Of a DNA stretch of 64,000 nt, positions 56,457 to 64,000 are shown in pieces; the first letter of the stretch is position 1, and each line of letters starts with the position of its first letter. Both the position numbers and the translations under genes were made by a program. The DNA comes from Inquilinaceae bacterium (lineage in GTDB: Bacteria; Pseudomonadota; Alphaproteobacteria; DSM-16000; Inquilinaceae): positions 52,341-116,340 of the forward strand of contig CBDEGD010000006.1 of the NCBI GenBank assembly GCA_965237625.1. Reading direction: 5' to 3'. Under the pieces are notes generated by a model that worked only from the letters and a program-made list of their open reading frames with translations, made no database searches and was not told the DNA's origin.

Positions 56457-58049
56457 GTGAGTTTCAAATTTGCAACGCGCATCGCGTTGGCGGGGCTGTT
56501 CGCCCTGTCCAGCGCCACCGCGGTCGCCGAGACCCCGGACGACACGCTGGTGATGGCGCTGAAGATCGACGACATCATCACATTGGACCCGGCCGAGGTG
56601 TTCGAATTCTCCGGCGCGGAATACGCGGCCCAGGTCTATGACCGGCTGATCGGCTACGACGTCGACGACGTCAGCAAGATCTTGCCGGGCGTCGCGGAAT
56701 CCTGGACGATTTCCGATGACGGCCGCACCTTCACCTTCAAGATCCGTGAGGGCATCACCTTCCATTCCGGCAACAAGCTGACGGCGGCCGACGCGGCGTT
56801 CTCGCTGCAGCGGGTGGTCAAGCTCGACCAATCCCCGGCCTTCATCCTGACCCAGCTCGGCTGGAACGCCGACAATGCCGATCAGATGATCCGCGCGTTG
56901 GACGACACCACGTTGCAGTTCACCACCGATCAGGCCTACGCGCCGACCTTCGTGCTGTACCTGCTGACCGCCGGCGTCGGCTCGGTGATCGATATGGAAC
57001 TGGCGATGGAGCATGAGGTCGATGGCGATCTGGGACATGACTGGCTGAAGACCAATTCCGCCGGCTCCGGACCGTTCGTCCTCAACACCTGGAAGCCTAA
57101 CGAATCCCTGGTGCTCGACCGGTTCGACGACTATTGGCAGGGCGAGGCCGGCTTCCGCCGGGTCTTCGTCCGTCACATTCCGGAAACCGCGACCCAGGCG
57201 CTGTTGTTGCAGAACGGCGATATCGACGTCGCCCGCAACCTGACGCCGGAGCAGGTCATCGGCGTGAGCGACGATGCGAATATCCGCATCGAGCCATCGC
57301 CCAAGGGCGCGATCTGGTATCTCGGCCTCAACGTCAGGCGCGAGCCGTTCCAGAGCGAAGAAGTCCGCAACGCGCTGAAATACCTGATCGACTATGACAC
57401 CATCCGGGACACCATCCTGGGCGGCACGATGATCGTCCATCAGGCCTTCCTGCCGCGCGGCTTCCTCGGTGCACTGGAGGAGACGCCGTACAGCTATGAC
57501 CCGGCCAAAGCCCGCGATCTTCTGGCGGCCGCCGGTTATGCCGATGGCTTCGAGATCACTATGGACACGCGGAACAACTTTCCGGTCATGGACATGGCCC
57601 AAGCGATCCAGGCGAGCTTCGGCGAGGCCGGGATCCAGTTGGAGATCATTCCGGGCGACGGCAGCCAGACGCTGACCAAATACCGGGCCCGCAACCACGA
57701 CATCTATATCGGGCGCTGGGGTCCGGACTATCAGGACCCGCATACCAACGCCGATACCTTCGCCAACAACCCGGACAATTCCGACGACGCCGCGTCCAAG
57801 CCGCTGGCTTGGCGCAATGCGTGGGCGATCCCGGAGCTGTCGGAGCGGACCCAGGCCGCCCTGCTGGAGAACGATCCGGAAGTCCGGGCGGGGATGTACC
57901 AGGATCTGCAGCGCGAGCATCAACAGGTCTCGCCCTTCGTGATCATGTTCCAGGAGACCGAGGTGATCGCCTCCCGGGCCAATCTCCAGGGCATGATCTG
58001 GGGGCCGAGCTTTGACGACAACCGCTATTGGCAGGCGTCGAAGAACTAA
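56457..58049 (+). CDS. ABC transporter substrate-binding protein, family 5 (peptide/nickel, DppA/OppA-like)
   Basis: 530 aa with a signal peptide (IALAGLFALSSATAVA). The SBP_bac_5 pattern is present (DTLVMALKIDDIITLDPA, FHSGNKLTAADAAFS, GSGPFVL). Confidence 0.88.
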   Translation: MSFKFATRIALAGLFALSSATAVAETPDDTLVMALKIDDIITLDPAEVFEFSGAEYAAQVYDRLIGYDVDDVSKILPGVAESWTISDDGRTFTFKIREGITFHSGNKLTAADAAFSLQRVVKLDQSPAFILTQLGWNADNADQMIRALDDTTLQFTTDQAYAPTFVLYLLTAGVGSVIDMELAMEHEVDGDLGHDWLKTNSAGSGPFVLNTWKPNESLVLDRFDDYWQGEAGFRRVFVRHIPETATQALLLQNGDIDVARNLTPEQVIGVSDDANIRIEPSPKGAIWYLGLNVRREPFQSEEVRNALKYLIDYDTIRDTILGGTMIVHQAFLPRGFLGALEETPYSYDPAKARDLLAAAGYADGFEITMDTRNNFPVMDMAQAIQASFGEAGIQLEIIPGDGSQTLTKYRARNHDIYIGRWGPDYQDPHTNADTFANNPDNSDDAASKPLAWRNAWAIPELSERTQAALLENDPEVRAGMYQDLQREHQQVSPFVIMFQETEVIASRANLQGMIWGPSFDDNRYWQASKN

Positions 58050-58067
58050 CCCCTGGGGACCTAACCC

Positions 58068-59132
58068 TTGGCCGACATAAGTAAGCCGAACGCGGCAGGG
58101 AACTGGTTTGGCCTATCCCTGCCGCGACCGCTTTCGGCTGTCGTTCGGATCATCACCCAGGTCGGGCTGACCCTACTCGGCCTGCTCTGCGTGACCTTCC
58201 TGATCGGGCGGGTGGTGCCGGTGGATCCGGTGCTTGCGGCGGTCGGCGATCGCGCGCCCCAAGCGGTCTACGAGCGAGTGCGCATCGAACTCGGCCTCGA
58301 CCTGCCGTTGCATGAGCAATTCGTCCGCTATGTTAGCAAGGTGCTGACCGGCGATTTTGGCGAGTCGGTGCTGACCGCCCGTCCGGTACTGGAGGACATA
58401 GCCCGGGTTTTCCCGGCAACCCTGGAACTGGCCACCGTCGGCGTGCTGATCGGAATCCTGATCGGTGTGCCGGCCGGCGTGATCGCGGCGGTCAATCAGG
58501 GGCGCTGGCCGGATCATGTGATCCGGGTCGCCGGGCTGGTCGGCTATTCGGTGCCGATCTTCTGGCTCGGCCTTATCGGGCTGCTGCTGTTCTACGCCCA
58601 ATGGGGGCTGGTGGCCGGACCCGGCCGGCTCGACATCTTCTATGACGGTCTGGTCGATCCGGTGACCGGGCTGATCCTGGTCGACAGCCTGATCGCCGGC
58701 GAGATCGATATCTTCTGGAACGCGGTCAGCCATCTGCTGCTGCCGGCGGGATTGCTGGGCTATTTCAGCCTGGCCTATGTCAGCCGCATGACCCGCAGCT
58801 TCATGATCGACCAGCTGCGCCAGGAATACATCACCACGGCCCGGGTCAAGGGCGTGGCGGAGTGGCGGGTGGTCTGGGTGCACGCGCTGGGCAATGTCCA
58901 GGTGCCGCTGATCACGGTGATCGCGCTCAGCTACGCCAACCTGCTCGAGGGATCGGTGCTGACCGAGACGGTTTTCGCCTGGCCCGGACTCGGCCAATAC
59001 ATCACCAACTCCCTGCGCAAGGCCGACATGAATGCGGTGCTGGGCGGGACCGTCGTGATCGGCAGCTGTTTCATCGCCCTCAACATGCTGTCGGATCTGC
59101 TGTACCGGCTCTTGGACCCCAGAGCCAAATGA
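58068..59132 (+). CDS. ABC transporter permease (DppB/OppB-like)
   Basis: TTG start. Binding-protein-dependent transport motifs include GDFGESV and the EAA-like region YITTARVKGVAEWRVVWVHALGN. Confidence 0.88.
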   Translation: MADISKPNAAGNWFGLSLPRPLSAVVRIITQVGLTLLGLLCVTFLIGRVVPVDPVLAAVGDRAPQAVYERVRIELGLDLPLHEQFVRYVSKVLTGDFGESVLTARPVLEDIARVFPATLELATVGVLIGILIGVPAGVIAAVNQGRWPDHVIRVAGLVGYSVPIFWLGLIGLLLFYAQWGLVAGPGRLDIFYDGLVDPVTGLILVDSLIAGEIDIFWNAVSHLLLPAGLLGYFSLAYVSRMTRSFMIDQLRQEYITTARVKGVAEWRVVWVHALGNVQVPLITVIALSYANLLEGSVLTETVFAWPGLGQYITNSLRKADMNAVLGGTVVIGSCFIALNMLSDLLYRLLDPRAK

Positions 59133-59139
59133 TCGCCAA

Positions 59140-60069
59140 ATGAGTGAAATCTCCGAACACCGAAGCAGCCTCGCCGGGTTGCGCCAATGGCTGATGACCG
59201 ACACGCCGCAATCGCGGTTCCAGGCGCGTGCCGGGCGGACCTATCTGGGCTGGATCGGACTGTTGGGCAATCCGCTGGCCATGGTCGGCGTGGCGATCGT
59301 CCTGGCGCTCTTGGTCGCCGCCGCCATCGCGCCGCTACTGACCGAATACTCGCCCTTCGCCCAGGAATTGCGCGAACGGCTGCGGCCGCCCGACGCCACC
59401 CATTGGATGGGCACCGACGAGCTGGGCCGCGACATCTACAGCCGGGTTCTGCATGGCGCCCGGCTGACCCTGTACATTGTGGCCCTGGTGGCGGTGATCG
59501 CCGCACCGGTCGGGCTGCTGATCGGCACCGTGGCCGGCTATGTGGGCGGCTGGGTCGACGCCGTGCTGATGCGGATCACCGACATCTTCCTCGCCTTTCC
59601 CAGGCTGATCCTGGCCCTGGCCTTCGTCGCCGCTTTGGGCCCGGGCATCGAGAACGCCGTGCTGGCCATCGCCATCACCGCCTGGCCGCCCTATGCCCGG
59701 ATCGCCCGGGCGGAGACGCTGACCATACGCCATTCCGACTTCATCGCCGCGGTTCGGCTGCAAGGCGCGTCCCAGGCGCGGATCATCGCCCGCCATATCG
59801 TGCCGCTCTGCGTCTCCTCGGTGATCATCCGGGTGACTCTGGACATGGCCGGGATCATCCTGACCGCCGCCGGGCTCGGCTTTCTCGGGCTTGGCGCCCA
59901 GCCACCGCTGCCGGAATGGGGGGCGATGGTGTCCAGCGGCCGGCAGTTCCTGCTCGACCAATGGTGGGTCTCGACCATGCCGGGGATCGCCATCCTGGTC
60001 GTCTGCCTCGGCTTCAATCTGCTGGGTGACGGGCTGCGTGATGTGCTCGACCCGAAGCAGGGCGGATGA
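59140..60069 (+). CDS. ABC transporter permease (DppC/OppC-like)
   Basis: HWMGTDELGRDIYSRVLHGARL is the typical OppC N-terminal motif, and the EAA region is DFIAAVRLQGASQARIIARHIVP. Confidence 0.88.
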   Translation: MSEISEHRSSLAGLRQWLMTDTPQSRFQARAGRTYLGWIGLLGNPLAMVGVAIVLALLVAAAIAPLLTEYSPFAQELRERLRPPDATHWMGTDELGRDIYSRVLHGARLTLYIVALVAVIAAPVGLLIGTVAGYVGGWVDAVLMRITDIFLAFPRLILALAFVAALGPGIENAVLAIAITAWPPYARIARAETLTIRHSDFIAAVRLQGASQARIIARHIVPLCVSSVIIRVTLDMAGIILTAAGLGFLGLGAQPPLPEWGAMVSSGRQFLLDQWWVSTMPGIAILVVCLGFNLLGDGLRDVLDPKQGG

Positions 60070-60917
60070 GCGCGCCCCTGCTTACCGTCGACGATCTGCA
60101 CGTCGATTTCGACACGCGCCGCGGCGTTGTCCAGGCGGTGCGCGGCATCTCGTTTTCGCTGGGCCGCGAGAAGCTCGGCATCGTCGGCGAGTCCGGCTCC
60201 GGAAAGTCGATGACCGGCCGGGCCGTTCTGGGCCTGGTGCCGCCTCCGGGCCGTGTCACCGCCCGGTCGATCGATTTCGACGGCACCGAGCTGACCACCC
60301 TGTCGGCGAAGGGCATGCGGGCCATACGAGGCCAGCGCATCTCCATGGTCATGCAGGATCCGAAATTCTCGCTCAACCCGGTGATGCGGATCGGCGACCA
60401 GATCACCGAGGCCTACCGGGTGCATACCGACGCCTCGGCGGCGGAGTGCCGGAAGCGGGCGTTGGAGATGCTGGACGCGGTGCAGATCCGCGATCCGGAA
60501 CGGGTCTACCGGCTGTATCCCCACGAGGTCTCCGGCGGTATGGGCCAGCGCATCATGATCGCCATGATGCTGATTCCCGATCCCGATCTCCTGATCGCCG
60601 ATGAGCCGACCTCGGCGCTGGATGTGACGGTCCAGATGCAGGTCCTGGCCATCGTCGACGATCTGGTCACAAGGCGCGGCATGGGGCTGCTGTTCATCAG
60701 CCATGATCTCAACCTGGTGGCCAGCTTCTGCGACCGGGTGCTGATCATGTATGCCGGCCAGATCGTCGAGGATTGCAAGGCCAACGAGTTGCACCAGGCG
60801 ACACATCCCTATACCCGCGGCCTGCTGGAAAGCCTGCCCAGGGTCGATGACGACCGGCCGGAACTGCCGACCCTGACCCGTGATCCGGCCTGGCTCGAAA
60901 CGGTGACCGCACGATGA
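60066..60917 (+). CDS. ABC transporter ATP-binding protein (DppD/OppD-like)
   Basis: Walker A GESGSGKS, signature VSGGMGQR, Walker B LLIADEPTSALD. Its start overlaps the previous stop. Confidence 0.9.
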   Translation: MSAPLLTVDDLHVDFDTRRGVVQAVRGISFSLGREKLGIVGESGSGKSMTGRAVLGLVPPPGRVTARSIDFDGTELTTLSAKGMRAIRGQRISMVMQDPKFSLNPVMRIGDQITEAYRVHTDASAAECRKRALEMLDAVQIRDPERVYRLYPHEVSGGMGQRIMIAMMLIPDPDLLIADEPTSALDVTVQMQVLAIVDDLVTRRGMGLLFISHDLNLVASFCDRVLIMYAGQIVEDCKANELHQATHPYTRGLLESLPRVDDDRPELPTLTRDPAWLETVTAR

Positions 60918-61687
60918 TCCGGGTGCGCGACCTGCGAGTGGTTTTCGGCGAGCGCGAGCAGGTGATCCATGCGGTCGGTGGCGTCGATTTCGATGTGGCC
61001 GAGGGTGAAAGCTTCGGTCTGGTCGGCGAGTCCGGATCGGGCAAATCGACGGTGTTGCGCGCCCTGGTCGGCTTCAATCCGGATTGGACCGGCGAGATCG
61101 TCATTGCCGGCCAGGCCCAGGCCGGCAAACGCGACAAGGCGTTCTTCCGCAACTGCCAGATGGTGTTCCAAGACCCTTATGGCTCACTGCACCCGCGCTA
61201 CACCGTCGACCGTATCCTGTCGGAGCCGATCGAAATCCACCGGCTCGGCGATGCCGACCGCCGGATCGGCGCGGTATTGCGCGATGTTGGCTTGGGGCCG
61301 GAATTCCGCTTCCGTTTCCCCCATCAACTGTCGGGCGGCCAGCGCCAAAGGGTGGCGGTGGCCCGGGCGCTGATCTTGGAGCCGAAGATTCTGCTGCTGG
61401 ACGAGCCGACCTCCGCGCTCGACGTGTCGGTGCAGGCGGAGATCCTGAACCTGCTGCGCCGCCTGCGCCGGGAGCGTGGCCTGACCTATGTGCTGGTCAC
61501 CCATAATCTGGCCGTGGTCGCCTATATGTGCGAGCGCATCGCGGTGATGAACCATGGCCTCTTCGTTGAGGAAATGACCGTCGACCGCCTGCGCGCCGGC
61601 CAACCCGAGCACGACTACACACGCCAGCTTCTCTCCGCCAGCCAGGGCTATGACCGGCAGGCGGTGGAGAGCTACCGGACCTTCTGA
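60914..61687 (+). CDS. ABC transporter ATP-binding protein (DppF/OppF-like)
   Basis: Walker A GESGSGKS, signature LSGGQRQR, Walker B LLLDEPTSALD. Its start overlaps the previous stop. Confidence 0.9.
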   Translation: MIRVRDLRVVFGEREQVIHAVGGVDFDVAEGESFGLVGESGSGKSTVLRALVGFNPDWTGEIVIAGQAQAGKRDKAFFRNCQMVFQDPYGSLHPRYTVDRILSEPIEIHRLGDADRRIGAVLRDVGLGPEFRFRFPHQLSGGQRQRVAVARALILEPKILLLDEPTSALDVSVQAEILNLLRRLRRERGLTYVLVTHNLAVVAYMCERIAVMNHGLFVEEMTVDRLRAGQPEHDYTRQLLSASQGYDRQAVESYRTF

Positions 61688-61817
61688 GAGGGTCCGGCCC
61701 AGCCCGGAGCGGCGGCGGCAGGCAGCCCGGCAGCCACATACTGAACGATTGTTAACCTCTGGTTCCTATCCTGTAGCCGGCCGATCTCTCTTAGCGGTCG
61801 TGATTGCGGTCATAGGC

Positions 61818-62486
61818 ATGCGGATACTTCACGTAGAAAACGACCAGACGGCTGCCGCGCTCGTGCAGAAGATGCTCGAGGGCGTCGTCCAGGAATGCGC
61901 CTGGACCGAGCTCGGCGAAGCCGCTTTGAATATGGCGCAGGGTGGAGATTACGACCTGATCCTGCTCGACGTGATGCTGCCGGACATCGATGGCTATGAA
62001 GTCTTGAGCCGGCTGCGTGCGGCGAAGGTCGACACCCCGTGCCTCATTCTTTCCGGGCTGGTCGATCGCGATAGCGAATTCAGCACGCTGGCCTTCGGCA
62101 TCAGCGATTATCTCGTCAAGCCATTCTCACGAACCGAGCTGATCAATCGCATTCAGTCCATAGTCGCCCGCGGCCAGGGGCTTGGCCACCACAGTACGCA
62201 GAGTATACCGGCCTATCATTCCGCAACGCGCACCAACGGCAAAGAGTCCCGGAAGTACCGTCGCTTCACGACCATCAAATCTGCGAAGATCGACTATGGC
62301 GCCGGGGTCCGTTGCCGTGTCCTGAACATGTCGCATTTCGGCGCCGGTCTGCGCCTGATGGGCGAGGCCGAGAAACTTCCCCGCAGCTTCATGCTCGTTT
62401 TCGACAGCGGCGAAACCCTGCTCTGCCGGATGTCCTGGCGCGATGGCGAGCGGATGGGCGTCAAGTTCATCGACAGCCAGCACTGA
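61818..62486 (+). CDS. Response-regulator receiver (REC) + PilZ domain protein
   Basis: This is the 3' part of ORF 61650..62486, starting at MRILHVENDQ (ATG at 61818). REC features are LILLDVMLPDIDG (acceptor Asp), LILSG and YLVKPF. The PilZ motifs are RKYRR (RxxxR) and NMSHFGAG (D/NxSxxG). Confidence 0.75.
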   Translation: MRILHVENDQTAAALVQKMLEGVVQECAWTELGEAALNMAQGGDYDLILLDVMLPDIDGYEVLSRLRAAKVDTPCLILSGLVDRDSEFSTLAFGISDYLVKPFSRTELINRIQSIVARGQGLGHHSTQSIPAYHSATRTNGKESRKYRRFTTIKSAKIDYGAGVRCRVLNMSHFGAGLRLMGEAEKLPRSFMLVFDSGETLLCRMSWRDGERMGVKFIDSQH

Positions 62487-62729
62487 CGTGCCGTGGGTCT
62501 AAAAACATTCTGATGCGCCTCATCGGCGACACCAACTATTCGATTGACTGGAAAACCGGTTCTTCGATCTTCTGAAGACGCCGGAATTCGAGATTGGCGG
62601 ATTGATGTCGGCTTATGTGAGGGCGCATCCAGGCGAATTCTTTCGCGAGTGATCGCCGATATGGCGGCCAGCGGCATGCCGATCGCAATGCCACGCATGA
62701 CTGCCTTCGGGATCGCGTTGAGGCGCCGC

Positions 62730-63269
62730 TCAGCTAGCCGCCTTCAGTAGTTCCCGAAACTGCGCCCGCGCCTTGGCGACCTTGGGCGCCACGATGGCCG
62801 CGCAATAGGGCTGGGCTGGATTGTTGGTGAAATAATCCTGGTGATAGTCCTCGCCCGGCCAGAAGGTTTCCACCGCCGTCACCTCGGTGACGATCCGGCC
62901 GCCCCACAGCGCGCCGGCGCGGTCGATCGCGGCCTTGGCCGCCACCTCCTGCTCCGGTGAATGGAAGAAGATCGCCGAGCGGTATTGGGTGCCGATATCG
63001 TTGCCTTGGCGGTTGAGCTGGGTCGGATCGTGGACCGTGAAGAACACGTCCAGCAATTGGTCGAAGGTGATGGCTTCCGGGTCGAAAGCGATCTGGATCA
63101 CCTCCGCATGGCCGGTATCGCCGCCGCAGATCTGCCGGTAAGTCGGGTTGTCCACATGGCCGCCCATATAGCCGGAGACCACGGAGTCGATGCCGATCAG
63201 GTCTTTGTAGACCGCCTCAACGCACCAGAAACACCCGCCGGCCAGGGTGGCGATTTCGCGCGCCGTCAT
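62730..63269 (-). CDS. msrA: Peptide-methionine (S)-S-oxide reductase
   Basis: The active site is ATLAGGCFWCVEAVY (GCFWC), with GYMGG, GHAEVIQI and YHQDYF also present. Confidence 0.93.
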   Translation of the reverse strand: MTAREIATLAGGCFWCVEAVYKDLIGIDSVVSGYMGGHVDNPTYRQICGGDTGHAEVIQIAFDPEAITFDQLLDVFFTVHDPTQLNRQGNDIGTQYRSAIFFHSPEQEVAAKAAIDRAGALWGGRIVTEVTAVETFWPGEDYHQDYFTNNPAQPYCAAIVAPKVAKARAQFRELLKAAS

Positions 63270-63467
63270 GGTGGTCCACTCCGAGAGTGATTTCCGTAGA
63301 GTATAGCGCTGGAGGCGATCCCCCCAATAGCCTGTTGGCGGTGGCGGGTTTCCGCGCTCGTCGATATCGCCCTCGTCTCCGACCGGGGCGAAGCTTGTGC
63401 GGCGCTGTGATTCTCCAGTGAGAAGCGCATGGTCGAGTGAGGCTCCACGGCAAAGGATACATCAACG

Positions 63468-64000
63468 ATGCCGCCACCCTACTGGGGCGTTGACAGCTTC
63501 AATCCGGTCACCGTCACGCGAAGATGGGATGGTGGCAGGGCAATGTCGCTGTTCGAATTCGTACGGTCCAAGATGGACGGCCTGCCGACATTCTGGGGCC
63601 GGTATCTGAACAATGCCAATCCATCGCGGATCACCCGGGGAGAGTGTGAGGAGTTGGCCCGGTTCTGCAGGTCCGAAGGCGCCCGGGTGCGGTTGTTGCT
63701 GGTCTATAACGACATTACGCCGGCCGATTGCCAGTTGGCTGGCCAGGCCGGCTATCAACGCGGCGGCACGGCGGCGGCCAGCGCGTGCCGGTTGGCCCGC
63801 GGATTGGGGGTCACGGGCGGCGTCCGCCTCTATGCCGACCTGGAAGGATGGCCGGCTTCACCGGAATGGATGCGCGGCTGGTGGGACACTATGCAGCGAT
63901 CGGAATTTGCCGGCATCGGCGGCTTCTATGGCCGTGGAGTCGAACGGCTTAGCCGGCCCGGGGCGGGGCGGCTGAGAATCCGCGATGTCACGGCGGAAGA
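63468..64000 (+). CDS. 5' part of a DUF1906-like (glycoside-hydrolase-fold) protein, running off the window
   Basis: It is not in the ORF track because it has no stop. My hand translation from the ATG at 63468 is open to base 64000: MPPPYWGVDSFNPVT...FWGRYLNN...VRLLLVYN...VRLYADLEGW. The family assignment is tentative. Confidence 0.45.
   Translation, partial: MPPPYWGVDSFNPVTVTRRWDGGRAMSLFEFVRSKMDGLPTFWGRYLNNANPSRITRGECEELARFCRSEGARVRLLLVYNDITPADCQLAGQAGYQRGGTAAASACRLARGLGVTGGVRLYADLEGWPASPEWMRGWWDTMQRSEFAGIGGFYGRGVERLSRPGAGRLRIRDVTAE

Noticed and set aside
58173-59204. A 343-aa minus-strand ORF overlapping the ABC permease genes, and similar antisense ORFs at 59691-60806 and 56427-57923
   Set aside because: They are antisense to an operon with clear SBP, permease and ATPase motifs. 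Their His/Asp/Arg/Gly-rich composition is characteristic of antisense frames.

Overview
This is a high-GC chromosomal segment that looks alphaproteobacterial. The evidence is a hemC-hemD-alphaMIC60-hemY cluster, a DUF1674/SDHAF4-like gene, a 1619-aa NAD-glutamate dehydrogenase, and 'cattcccgcgaaggcgggaatc'-type REPs. All calls rest on motif reading of the supplied six-frame ORFs and the raw sequence; no database search was possible. Most of the window is housekeeping: an amino-sugar (WbpB/E/D-like) and lipid A acyltransferase block, tRNA-Thr(CGU), heme genes, tsaD, gpsA, acs, rsmB, rpe, purH, large gdh, a Dpp/Opp-type ABC operon and msrA. I saw no rRNA, CRISPR array, transposase, integrase or prophage gene. 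The most interesting locus is 48.3-55.3 kb, a tightly packed same-strand cluster. It encodes a Hanks Ser/Thr kinase with a beta-helix ectodomain, two FHA proteins, a MotA/TolQ/ExbB-like channel protein, and two paralogous proteins that combine an ExbD/TolR-like Asp-bearing N-terminal TM helix with a coiled coil and a vWA domain. I read it as a candidate undescribed ion-driven stator-like machine under phospho-threonine control. Other points of note: (1) an ATP-grasp, extended-MFS and orphan SBP operon; (2) two tandem PAS kinases sharing four copies of one PAS module, the second with Gln in place of the phospho-acceptor His; (3) a family of CTAG-bounded palindromic mosaic repeats at four loci, three of which supply a stop codon and two of which adjoin damaged genes; (4) a 263-bp element with perfect 32-bp terminal inverted repeats and two internal 21-bp hairpins; (5) a probable frameshift in a TPR gene; (6) a REC-PilZ protein.
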